64,000 nucleotides of DNA from a virus. The notes under the pieces were generated by a model. That model made no database searches, was not told the DNA's origin, and was given only the letters and a program-made list of their open reading frames with translations. Shown here in pieces: positions 10,201-18,425 of this stretch (within the stretch, counting starts at the first letter, position 1; every line of letters starts with the position of its first letter). The stretch is from IMG/VR virus record IMGVR_UViG_3300010334_000030, positions 77,055 through 141,054 of that record, one strand, 5' to 3'. The position numbers and the translations under genes were made by a program.

Positions 10201-11512
10201 TCTGACTGTATCCATTTGCTTCTTGATCTGCATTTATTTGATCTAGAAACTCTTGATTACTTTGAAGAGGTGATGTGACTTGAGTTTTACCATATTCTAG
10301 ATTAAGCCAATACTCCTTTATTCTTAAATCTTGATAACCAAAGAACTTAAGGGCATTAACTAGACCTTTATAACTACCTGCATATGGGAATATGCTTTCA
10401 CCAGCCACCATTAGCTCTTTCCTTTTCTGGTTTATTTCAAGGTAGTTTGGCATTGGTTCCTCCGGGTCATGGTCTCTAAGAATAATCGAATCTGACTGGT
10501 AAAAAGCTCGTCCTAGATTTTTAAGAAGAACGTTAAATCTTTCGTCTTCCCCTACAATCTCACCGTAGAAATTCACCTCTAAAACCTTAACTGGGCTAGG
10601 TCCTGTTATATCCTCTACTACAAGTCTTCTCTCATAAATATCAGAATAAAGATCACTAGAGTTAAGGGCAACATTTATCGATAATGATTCTGATGTGATA
10701 TTTGATGACTCGATATACCCACCAACATTAGAGTAGTAGTCATCACTAGCTATTGCATCTATCGGATAAACTACATTTGGATAATTTATTATTATTGGCT
10801 GTCCTTCTCCGCCAGGTAACCTATCCTCTATTTTATAAGTGAATATGATCTCAGATACATCAGTTTCACCATATTTGTCATTATACCATCTCGTTCTCCA
10901 TTTTCCCTGGGCGGTTCCACCTGTCCCTCCAGTGAATCCAGTATGCGGTAACCCATATTCAATAGATCCTAAAGGATTATACATTTCTTGAACAATAAAA
11001 ATTTGCTCATTCTCATAGAGTCCAGAAGAAACTGGATCAAAATAAATGCTTCCCTTAAAATATCCGCCTGGTCTGTACTCGTAGGATGTTTTAAAATAAA
11101 CTTGATATCCTTGACTTATTGTCTTCTGACCTGAAACTTGCCCAGGATAAAAGTTAACAGTATACGTTCCAACATTAGTTGAAATTGATGATATTTTACC
11201 TTTGAATTCTTGTTGTCCAGCAATTCTACCATATAGATAAACGTCCGCTCCTTTTAACAGAAAGTCAAAAATCTCTTTAGCCCAATCAGATATATTAAAC
11301 CCATTTAAATCATTAAGATTAAATGTTAAAGATGCTGGATCGGAATCAAGAAGATCCACATCAAATTCACCAACACTCGAAGATCCAGAAGAACTTCTAA
11401 AAGTGAATTTAGAGTCAAGTGGGGTTGGTCCAGTCGGGCCAACATAATCAAAATTCAGGGGATCCCCGTGTTTATTAAAAAAGTTAAGCCTTCTATAAAA
11501 AAAATTAGACAT
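7259..11512 (-). CDS. Baseplate wedge protein (gp7-like) with inserted accessory domains
   Basis: GSYKGLVNALKFFGY motif typical of gp7/P2 gpI-like wedge proteins; near gp6 and gp25; inserted cupredoxin-like, SH3/KOW-like, PKD-like and FCCH-like segments. Confidence 0.6.
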   Translation of the reverse strand: MSNFFYRRLNFFNKHGDPLNFDYVGPTGPTPLDSKFTFRSSSGSSSVGEFDVDLLDSDPASLTFNLNDLNGFNISDWAKEIFDFLLKGADVYLYGRIAGQQEFKGKISSISTNVGTYTVNFYPGQVSGQKTISQGYQVYFKTSYEYRPGGYFKGSIYFDPVSSGLYENEQIFIVQEMYNPLGSIEYGLPHTGFTGGTGGTAQGKWRTRWYNDKYGETDVSEIIFTYKIEDRLPGGEGQPIIINYPNVVYPIDAIASDDYYSNVGGYIESSNITSESLSINVALNSSDLYSDIYERRLVVEDITGPSPVKVLEVNFYGEIVGEDERFNVLLKNLGRAFYQSDSIILRDHDPEEPMPNYLEINQKRKELMVAGESIFPYAGSYKGLVNALKFFGYQDLRIKEYWLNLEYGKTQVTSPLQSNQEFLDQINADQEANGYSQNYKISDLINNENTGKYKLTQTYGPDSDGNYVLNLSSQDTLLPSKTYKKTALFGLYYDLNKVTGNDSDYGYPEVTDAFAFTQEEVLIKLFALKERLKRDYLPLNARIVDITGEGVYFDIYNTRVWTDTMDRSEISAGFDFQIKANPDFGFLEDLRNFSTRPYSNSIQAPSNYYNKYEITASVAGGTGSALYFKGISDSLNLTPNPTFSVTSGKSYEFSIGTTGFDFYITTDPTLSSIVAPTGLTGNGAISGGSPMTWYVNPTQTSPVYYFSSNNKSLLNGQITVLPSTISDLGNTVDPLSSQQRFSPSQNSSMISAISNFYDLKQQGKIKDLGDGAYNYDYPVYVDPVTGLPYQNPIGMPVVLELIPDRWTWDELNFTWTSVILPIFSIGTRVNVKSPNSSYYGQNGTVVAVVSYLDETYSIKLDGGPTVTFDSYSLYATSQKYGLLTWTNIDFSNMVEIEWIVNKSTTQSGSPYNFIFRGPISDFYRLSHFVPYTGEYKVTCNVIDGFNFKNTVIKDGAIKVSPKTIKVDAWTRFREVETYDWKDTYKAWEEYNSIWEFPAEGSSIEVLKKSIPEEILNFSNYGNKAEEGQDVYVKIKTQPSSAYSNIVITQNVLGILDISSYLITGIQYGFATVTTASTHNLTTGDVVSIQNSVPQIMGRWNCIVTSDTTFEIPIILELGWSSVYTASSPTRLTVDVSASWYPNQKMTSAGKMSIYINDRLIGSSEAGDTLHSTVNSIVSSVNSLRTYPDYFASCDNPTADPATIKITAPSDLGANQNGSKVSLSVSGSIILNSYDTGMTGGLNVDSKYVYWPEYSLTFPNKNLKYWGTKRINWNTFEDNTWDNGYAHGWYDFEFNNDWLGGYELHNIRPGDNILLSTANESYPFPTGITIQQGIAGLSIQELADQLNSSSDMYVSNFYYRPIPTESGPLSTDTPPTNLSVNNFSITNSSYLPPSSVPGGSPLFKVSFGSTGGTTSMII

Positions 11513-11515
11513 ATC

Positions 11516-12049
11516 TTAAAATACTCTTCTGTTATTTTTTTTAACTGTGTAGTTAAAAAAGTTTTTAATTTGTTTTGTACTTTCTACTAATCCATATATC
11601 ACCATATCAAAGTAATGAAGTATTCCCTCTTTAATGGGATCTTTGTATATTACACTTGAAAGAGTTCTTTTTAAAATCTGTTCCTTATAGATAAATCCCT
11701 CCTGAACGTTATCATTTACGCTATCCCTTATATCATAAATATTCTGGGTTGGATCATATTCATACCAATGCCTTTCCATTGGAATTTTAGGAAGTTCTTT
11801 CATCAATTTGCGATAATCTTTACTATCCGAACAAGGTGCAAATTTATACTCTTTACTATTTGCTAAAATTAATCTGTACCCAGAGCATCCTATATTATAG
11901 GCTCTAGATTCTGCCAGATCTTGTGTATCATAAATATCTCTAGAATTATAGAAAGTTGATGATGATGTCTGAGGCTTTATCCCTACCTGAGTATAGTTTA
12001 TCCCTTTATCGGGATCGGGGAAAAACGGGGAGTATTCTTTTTCTGCCAT
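11516..12049 (-). CDS. Hypothetical baseplate-module protein with DUF3721-like motif
   Basis: YDTQDLAESRAYNIGCSGY...FAPC resembles the Y.T..EAE..A..LGC.G...PC pattern. Confidence 0.45.
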   Translation of the reverse strand: MAEKEYSPFFPDPDKGINYTQVGIKPQTSSSTFYNSRDIYDTQDLAESRAYNIGCSGYRLILANSKEYKFAPCSDSKDYRKLMKELPKIPMERHWYEYDPTQNIYDIRDSVNDNVQEGFIYKEQILKRTLSSVIYKDPIKEGILHYFDMVIYGLVESTKQIKNFFNYTVKKNNRRVF

Positions 12050-12051
12050 TC

Positions 12052-13779
12052 TTAGTTAGAAGATTTTGTAATTTGAGCCTTGGTGTTAGCATTTAATTCC
12101 GCTCTGTAATCTTTCTTAGTAGTAGAAGATACACTCATATTTAATGGTCCTGGTTTTCCTTCTACTATACCCTCCGTATAAGTTATACCGTTTCTATCTG
12201 TCCAACCACCTCTTAAAACTACAAGCTCATTTCTACCTATAACTATATCTCCGAAATCATTAAGTCCTAACAACTGCGACATTTGTTGATCGGATATATT
12301 TGTAAGATCCTTCATCTTTGACTGATTCTCCTCGTTCTTTTGACCAACAAAGTAGAGATTGACTGAATCGACACCATCTATAGATTCAACTATAGCTATC
12401 AAATCGGATTTAGGAATATAATCCCTTCTTGTCGTATTTAGCATATACGTAGATATTCTTTTCCTAATTTCTTTCTTTACTGATTCTGGATCATACCCTT
12501 CAAAAATAGTAAAAACAACATTCGTAACATATCTAGATATTACAGGATCAACTATTTGTATTACCGTTGTAGCTATCATAGATCCTGAATCCTGAATAAG
12601 TTTAACTATCATTTTTTTCTGTGGTTCTGTTAATAGAAAATCTTCAACAGGAACACTGAAATAATCTTGATTAGACGAGATGTTAAGTGTAATATTAGGT
12701 ATCAAATAAAGATAAACAACATTATCATCGTCCAAGTAATCGTCGTCAAAAGTAGAGAATGCTTGTATTTGAGAAAATATACCAAGTTTATCTAGAAAGA
12801 TCTCATAATTTTGGGCATTTGCAAAAACAAACGATCTACTAACTTTAGGAGCAACCAGTCTTATTAAATTGGTAGAGTCTGGATTTGTTCCAAACATCGG
12901 ATCTATACTTTGTTTAATATCTAAATAATTTCCAAGATCCACTTCTTTACCAAAAAGATCTGTGCCTGTTTGGTTGAATTTATAACTTATTGGATTATCT
13001 TTAGTGGATGCAACATTACCTCCTGTTCCTACATTTTGAAGGTATTCTATTCTTATTTTAGATCCCTTCTGGGGAACCATTCCAAAATTAGAATTACCGA
13101 AATAAATATCTATGCCTTCCTGAATTCCACTCTTGACGAGATATCCCTTTTTGTTTAGAGGGATGTCATAAAGAGAATCGTATCTTTTCCATTTTTCCTC
13201 ATTAACATAAACATCAACATAAAATTGATCTACAAATGAAGCGGATTGTATAGGAATACTAAAGCTCTGTAGAGAAAGACCTGTTCCTGTAACTGTAAAA
13301 GAATTAAATACACCCTGAACTATTTTACATCTAATTGGATTAGTTCCTCCTGTAAGCGGAATTGTTAATTTCTGAGCTCCTAGAACGAGCGAGTAAGTTC
13401 TACCGTTCTCTTGACATCTTATTTGTGTGTGGTTACTTAGAATGATACATCCCCCTCCAACATCAGACTGTAATGTGTTCCAGGAAACAAAAACTTCACC
13501 CTGAGCCGATGTCGATCTTCCCGGATCATATCCAGAAATTCTAGCCAAGCTTCTTACTGAATAATCCCTTGTAGCATTTTCTATATTTAGCTCCGTAATA
13601 GAATCCTCGATAAAGTATAATATCATTTGCGATAGATTCTGAACGACAAACAAAATTTGTCCCCATGCAGAAGCAACTGTGAACAAATTTACGGTCTGGT
13701 TATAAGTATCCTGTAGAAAATTAAAGGTGTCAGTTAAGAGTCCGTTAATCAGGATGTTATTTTTCTTAAAAATATTCAT
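12052..13779 (-). CDS. Baseplate wedge subunit (T4 gp6-like / baseplate J-like)
   Basis: A...SV.SLAR..GY, IYFGNSNFG.VP.KGSKI.IEY...G..GN motifs; next to gp25. Confidence 0.85.
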   Translation of the reverse strand: MNIFKKNNILINGLLTDTFNFLQDTYNQTVNLFTVASAWGQILFVVQNLSQMILYFIEDSITELNIENATRDYSVRSLARISGYDPGRSTSAQGEVFVSWNTLQSDVGGGCIILSNHTQIRCQENGRTYSLVLGAQKLTIPLTGGTNPIRCKIVQGVFNSFTVTGTGLSLQSFSIPIQSASFVDQFYVDVYVNEEKWKRYDSLYDIPLNKKGYLVKSGIQEGIDIYFGNSNFGMVPQKGSKIRIEYLQNVGTGGNVASTKDNPISYKFNQTGTDLFGKEVDLGNYLDIKQSIDPMFGTNPDSTNLIRLVAPKVSRSFVFANAQNYEIFLDKLGIFSQIQAFSTFDDDYLDDDNVVYLYLIPNITLNISSNQDYFSVPVEDFLLTEPQKKMIVKLIQDSGSMIATTVIQIVDPVISRYVTNVVFTIFEGYDPESVKKEIRKRISTYMLNTTRRDYIPKSDLIAIVESIDGVDSVNLYFVGQKNEENQSKMKDLTNISDQQMSQLLGLNDFGDIVIGRNELVVLRGGWTDRNGITYTEGIVEGKPGPLNMSVSSTTKKDYRAELNANTKAQITKSSN

Positions 13780-13787
13780 TTTCTAAA

Positions 13788-14159
13788 TTATGTTATTCTT
13801 AAAGTTATTGTTGGACTTAATCCTCCATCAGAAGGGAGCATAAAATCTAAAGTTGCTACGTCTCTTTGAGTTCCTTGAAAAAAATTGAGATCGTAACTTC
13901 CGCCAAGTGTTGAAAAAAGAGGAATGTAGGTCGTTAAAAAAGTATCAAGTTCATTCTTAAGACCTGATTCTGATACATTAAGATTAAAGATAAGATCCTC
14001 CAGATTTAGTCCAAATCTAGGATCTCCTAACACTTCACCTTTGTTTGTTAGAAGCAACATCTTCAATTGGCCAGTACAAATCTCTACAGGATCTGTCGTC
14101 TCTATCTGATATGGATTATATTTTGGGTCTTGTGGATCCCTATTGTAAAGTTCTTTCAT
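13788..14159 (-). CDS. Baseplate wedge / sheath initiator (gp25-like)
   Basis: LLLTNKGEVLGDPRFG.NL..LIF matches the gp25 T..GER...P.FG motif. Confidence 0.85.
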   Translation of the reverse strand: MKELYNRDPQDPKYNPYQIETTDPVEICTGQLKMLLLTNKGEVLGDPRFGLNLEDLIFNLNVSESGLKNELDTFLTTYIPLFSTLGGSYDLNFFQGTQRDVATLDFMLPSDGGLSPTITLRIT

Positions 14160-14181
14160 ACTTAAATGCTAATACTGATAT

Positions 14182-14189
14182 TATATATC
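14182..14189 (-). promoter_or_regulatory. Putative late promoter GATATATA
   Basis: About 22 nt upstream of the gp25 start, just downstream of a terminator. Confidence 0.65.
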
Positions 14190-14215
14190 TCAATTTCATA
14201 AGAGCCACAACAAAT

Positions 14216-14239
14216 AAAAAACCCCGGAAATTCCGGGGT
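14216..14239 (-). terminator. Intrinsic terminator
   Basis: ACCCCGGAA-A-TTCCGGGGT hairpin followed by a T-run on the minus strand, downstream of gp13. Confidence 0.85.
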
Positions 14240-14263
14240 CTTTGGATATTTTTTCGGTATTCT

Positions 14264-15064
14264 TTAATTCCACTGCAAGAAATAGCTAGGTGTATTCTCA
14301 CCATTAATCATTTCCATAACCTCCTGAAGCTCCGCTTCACCCGTAGCTTTTATATCACCAGAATTTACTTGTATTCCACCAGGAAGATTATAGTTAAACA
14401 CGGAAAGCATATTAGCTAACGCTATCTTAGATTTAGCTATACAGTATCTAACAAACAATTCATCTTTAAAAAGGTCTTCGTCATTTATAGCAACAAAGCA
14501 TCTAACTGCTACGTCAACCCCACCTACCCCAAATCCCTGAGCTAGCTGTCCATTTGAATTAGCGGATGTTCCACCCTTACCAGATCTTGATGGATCCCTA
14601 CCCAGGATGGTTAAGTTCTTTGTGTTCTTGTTCCATTTAAATGCAAAAGTATTTAGAAGGTAAGCTCTAGATAAATCAAAATAGGAGTACATTACCGTTC
14701 TATAAACTAGATTATCTCCAACAAAAGGAGAAAGTAAAAGTTCAGATCCTAAAAGTTTAGAGTCGCTAAAATCTCTATCCGGATTTCCTGAAATTCCTGA
14801 TCCTCCAACTTCCCTTACATCATAAACAGTCACGATAGACTCAGGCAATTTAATTTGTCTGGTTGCTCTAAATTCTTTATGTTGAAATATTGCATTTTTA
14901 AGAATAAAAACTCTATCCTCCACAGCATACTGGTAATTGTCTCTAAACCATGACTTAGCACGTCCTATAATTCTTTCAACCTCTTGTTTGTTTAGGTTAT
15001 ATGGGAGAGCACAGCTAAAGGATAGCGCGTCTTCTATTTCCTGAATTAAACCATCTAATATCAT
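14264..15064 (-). CDS. Neck protein (T4 gp13-like head-tail adaptor)
   Basis: C-terminal NLPGGIQVN..I...GE.E motif typical of gp13. Confidence 0.75.
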   Translation of the reverse strand: MILDGLIQEIEDALSFSCALPYNLNKQEVERIIGRAKSWFRDNYQYAVEDRVFILKNAIFQHKEFRATRQIKLPESIVTVYDVREVGGSGISGNPDRDFSDSKLLGSELLLSPFVGDNLVYRTVMYSYFDLSRAYLLNTFAFKWNKNTKNLTILGRDPSRSGKGGTSANSNGQLAQGFGVGGVDVAVRCFVAINDEDLFKDELFVRYCIAKSKIALANMLSVFNYNLPGGIQVNSGDIKATGEAELQEVMEMINGENTPSYFLQWN

Positions 15065-15079
15065 TTTCTTAGGGTTATT

Positions 15080-16486
15080 TTAGTAATTCATATTTCCGAA
15101 TCTCGAAACAGCAAACTGATCATTAAGATCTTTTAGCCTACTATCGGTTACGAATCTATTGTTTCTGATTTCATCCCACCCTTTAACTTTATAGGTTTCT
15201 TTGCTAACCTCAGAATTTTCACCAAGGGTTCCAGCTCTAAAAACCCCACCAATTATTTTACAATTGATGTTCTTTTTTTCGCAATCTATAAAACAATCTT
15301 TTAATTCGTTTGTGAATTCTACTATAGATGATTTAACTTTGCTTGAGAAGATCTTAGATCCTCCAACTACGTTACAATCTTCTAAAGAGGATTTCTTTAT
15401 CTCACAATTATGAATGTTGCAATTTTTCAAAATCCCATTTTTAATATCGCAAAGAATTAAATCCATTCCGTCAATTAAAACCGCTTCTCTGCTTCTGGAA
15501 TCTTTAAGTTGATATTTGCCCGTGGTTGTGTCATAATTGAAAAAACCAGAGGTTACGTTTCCCTCAACAATAAGTTCAAATAGTTTATCTCTGATTACCG
15601 GGAAATATGTAGTAACATTTTCTTCCCATCCCTTAAGATCTATAAATATATGGAAGTCAGGATAATTTTTAAAGAAGAAGTTTGGATTATTAAAGGATTT
15701 AACAACCTTAGTGTAATCCTTCATCATATTCTGTAACTTAGCCAAATCATCTTTAGTGTAACCGTTTATTCTACGGCTAAGAATATCATATAGATATAAT
15801 AAGACATAATCAACAACCTCTCTTATCTCCTTTATTTTCTTCTGATAATCGCGATTCCCAAGATATCTAAATTCAAGATACCCTTTAGAAAGTTTAGTGA
15901 AATTTACTCCGTAGTATTTGTCATCAGGAATTTTGTACATCTTAGGATCTATGCTAGTTATATTTTCTAACATAGCGAAACGATTTCTAGGAACTATTCT
16001 CTTTATGGATTTAGCATAAACATTTTTTATCCTTGTTCCGAATTTGTCGTATATCTTGTTTTCATCTAAACCTAAAATAAATTTAAGTCTATCTAAGGTT
16101 TCCATTCTATCCTTAATATCCCTTCTAGATTTATCAAAGCTAACTGAAAACTGAAAAGCGCATCTATCGTTGGTCCACCCGTTTTCGTCTATCCACTTTA
16201 ATGTTTTGATCATTATAGGAATAGCCTCATTATAAGGAAGTGGCCCGGTTATAAATTCAACCATTTTGCCACCTCCAGAATAATCAGGTTCGAGTTTAAA
16301 AGTACTACCGCTAACAGAAATATTAGAGTGATACTTTTCTGAAACTATAACTTTTTTGTTTAGAAGTTTTCCTAGGGATTCGGAAGCTTTACCCTTAAGC
16401 ATATTTGTATAGAACTCAAATTCAAATCCAATTTCGGCGGAACTGAGTGCATACAATTTATCAAAATGGGTTCTTTCGTTACTCAT
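15080..16486 (-). CDS. Amidoligase-like (COOH-NH2 ligase fold) protein with a C-terminal beta-helix-like repeat
   Basis: IGFEFEF, EPDYS, VEFITGP, KYYGVNF, YLEFRY motifs; C-terminal five-residue repeats (LKNCNIHNCEIKKSSLEDC). Confidence 0.7.
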   Translation of the reverse strand: MSNERTHFDKLYALSSAEIGFEFEFYTNMLKGKASESLGKLLNKKVIVSEKYHSNISVSGSTFKLEPDYSGGGKMVEFITGPLPYNEAIPIMIKTLKWIDENGWTNDRCAFQFSVSFDKSRRDIKDRMETLDRLKFILGLDENKIYDKFGTRIKNVYAKSIKRIVPRNRFAMLENITSIDPKMYKIPDDKYYGVNFTKLSKGYLEFRYLGNRDYQKKIKEIREVVDYVLLYLYDILSRRINGYTKDDLAKLQNMMKDYTKVVKSFNNPNFFFKNYPDFHIFIDLKGWEENVTTYFPVIRDKLFELIVEGNVTSGFFNYDTTTGKYQLKDSRSREAVLIDGMDLILCDIKNGILKNCNIHNCEIKKSSLEDCNVVGGSKIFSSKVKSSIVEFTNELKDCFIDCEKKNINCKIIGGVFRAGTLGENSEVSKETYKVKGWDEIRNNRFVTDSRLKDLNDQFAVSRFGNMNY

Positions 16487-17639
16487 TTACTGGTTCTGCA
16501 AATATTTTTCCTGCATTGACCTCAACTTCATAAAGTGAAACTGTCAGGGAATCACCAGGTTTGAATCCTCTGTTATTCTTACCGACTCTATCTTGAGGTA
16601 TTAGTGCCATAAGACCAAGAGCTATTAATTCAACAAGAATTCCATTTTTTCTTAAGTGCTTAATTCTAGCCTCAAATGACTCGCAGTCTCCGTCTTTTAT
16701 CTTTGTCTCAAGCTCTTGTAGGATTACATTCTTCTCTAGTGGTTTTTCTAAAGTTAGAGTTAATCTGTTATTTTCCTTTATCTCTTTGATATAGAATTCT
16801 ATTTCATCACCAGGTATAAACGAGGTAACTCTAGAATCATTTTCAAATTCAGTTTTATGGATTAGACCAGTGTAAACTTCTTCCCATTCTACGAATACTC
16901 CAAAGTCGCTGGTTCCTGTAACGAATCCTTTATATTTTTTAGTAAGATCAAGCTCCTGTATTTTAGAATCCATGATCTTATTTAAGTATTTCTTATAAGA
17001 GATAATAAAGATGTCTTTTGCGTCAACATAACCTTCGATCATAACAGGAAGTTCCTTTCCTATATAAGACTCAAAATCTGTAATTCTGTTTGCCGCAGCT
17101 AATGATCCAGGAAGGAAACATTTTATTCCTGAAATGCTTGCGATATAGCCACCTTTATTTATACTTTCTATTTTAGCTCTGTATGCATGAGATCCTTCTT
17201 TGATTTGTGCAAAGAATTCGTCTCTGATACTATGCATATAGAAATCAATAACGGAGCCAAAATAGCTGCTTCCTACTTTTCTAACACTAGCTTTAAATTC
17301 CGCTCCAACTTGAAAGTCTATCTCCTCTAAATTTAATTTAGCGGCATCTCTTCTCTCTTTTCTTAGGTCTATATAAATCGTCTGGCCTGCCGAAGTCTGA
17401 GCCAATGCTTCAGTCTCGTTCATGTTTGTGATTTTACATGGATAAACCTCACCATCTTTAAGGTCTTTCCCTATTTTATCAAATTCATAAGAAACCCCAC
17501 TAAAGTATAAATTGCTCAAATCTTGAGCATACTTTTCATGGGAATAAACTCTTGACCCCTCTGGGGCTTTAATTTTTGCATTAACCGCTCTTTTGTTTGG
17601 TAGCGTCCAATCGAAATCTTCTGCTAGATTAAAACTCAT
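16479..17639 (-). CDS. rpsA: Phage-encoded ribosomal protein bS1-like protein (about 4 S1 domains)
   Basis: INKGGYIASISGIKCFLPGS and VTGTSDFGVFVE...GLIHKTE match S1 domains; shorter than six-domain S1. Confidence 0.85.
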   Translation of the reverse strand: MSFNLAEDFDWTLPNKRAVNAKIKAPEGSRVYSHEKYAQDLSNLYFSGVSYEFDKIGKDLKDGEVYPCKITNMNETEALAQTSAGQTIYIDLRKERRDAAKLNLEEIDFQVGAEFKASVRKVGSSYFGSVIDFYMHSIRDEFFAQIKEGSHAYRAKIESINKGGYIASISGIKCFLPGSLAAANRITDFESYIGKELPVMIEGYVDAKDIFIISYKKYLNKIMDSKIQELDLTKKYKGFVTGTSDFGVFVEWEEVYTGLIHKTEFENDSRVTSFIPGDEIEFYIKEIKENNRLTLTLEKPLEKNVILQELETKIKDGDCESFEARIKHLRKNGILVELIALGLMALIPQDRVGKNNRGFKPGDSLTVSLYEVEVNAGKIFAEPVNE

Positions 17640-17680
17640 TCGTTTTGTTTTTAAAGGTTTAGTGATAAATTATTTAGTTA

Positions 17681-17705
17681 TAGTATATATCAAATCTTAA
17701 GTTCC
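17681..17705 (-). promoter_or_regulatory. Overlapping GGAAC-N16-ACTA and GATATATA promoter motifs upstream of bS1
   Basis: Minus strand reads GGAAC ttaagatttGATATAT ACTA. Confidence 0.5.
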
Positions 17706-17721
17706 TTTAAGTGAAATAAGA

Positions 17722-18423
17722 TTATTTAGATTTGGAAACTCTACTAAGGTGAGCAATTATTTCCATTTTTTGAGAAGGAGATTCAGTTTCTCCAGTTTCA
17801 GTTTTATGAGTGTGTGAATTAAAAAGCTTCATAAAAGAATCTCCAAGGACTAACCTCTCGATTGCATTTTCTCCAAGCTCTATGCTAGAGCTATTAACAA
17901 TAACTGTTTGTTTTCCGTTCTTCCTCTCCATGCGGATTTCATCGTCGTTCATTTTCAGAACAATCCTAAGATTTTCAGATCCATCTTTTGCGTTTTGAGT
18001 ATCTAGTTGTATTGTTGCCTCCCCTAATTGAAATACCAATCCCTTCCTACGTGTATAGATCATTTTAAGTGGACCAGGTCGAGCTTCAGAATCGTATATA
18101 AGTGATTGCGTACCCTCATAAGAATTATCATCTTTGAGCTCAGATAAAAGATCATCAGAGATCTCCTTAATCGATTGATAGTTCATTTTATAATAATTAT
18201 TCTCCTCAAAATGTACACCAACCACAGCTCCAATTCTAGGTATAGAAAGGTTACCCCCTCCGCCATTTCCACCAAAAGAAAGACCAGAGATTTGCTCTGC
18301 CCAAGGAAGATCTTCAACAGGAATATCATCAAGAACTCCGAAGACTCTCACTCTGGCTCTTCCCTCATAAAGCGGGTCCTTGTTATCTACAACTGAACCC
18401 AGGTATGTTTTTTCACTTGGCAT
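17722..18423 (-). CDS. Baseplate central spike (gp5/gpV-like OB-fold, no lysozyme domain)
   Basis: YLG.VVDNKDP..GRARVRVFG...LPWA OB-fold; C-terminal FNSHTH metal-binding tip motif. Confidence 0.85.
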   Translation of the reverse strand: MPSEKTYLGSVVDNKDPLYEGRARVRVFGVLDDIPVEDLPWAEQISGLSFGGNGGGGNLSIPRIGAVVGVHFEENNYYKMNYQSIKEISDDLLSELKDDNSYEGTQSLIYDSEARPGPLKMIYTRRKGLVFQLGEATIQLDTQNAKDGSENLRIVLKMNDDEIRMERKNGKQTVIVNSSSIELGENAIERLVLGDSFMKLFNSHTHKTETGETESPSQKMEIIAHLSRVSKSK

Positions 18424-18425
18424 TT

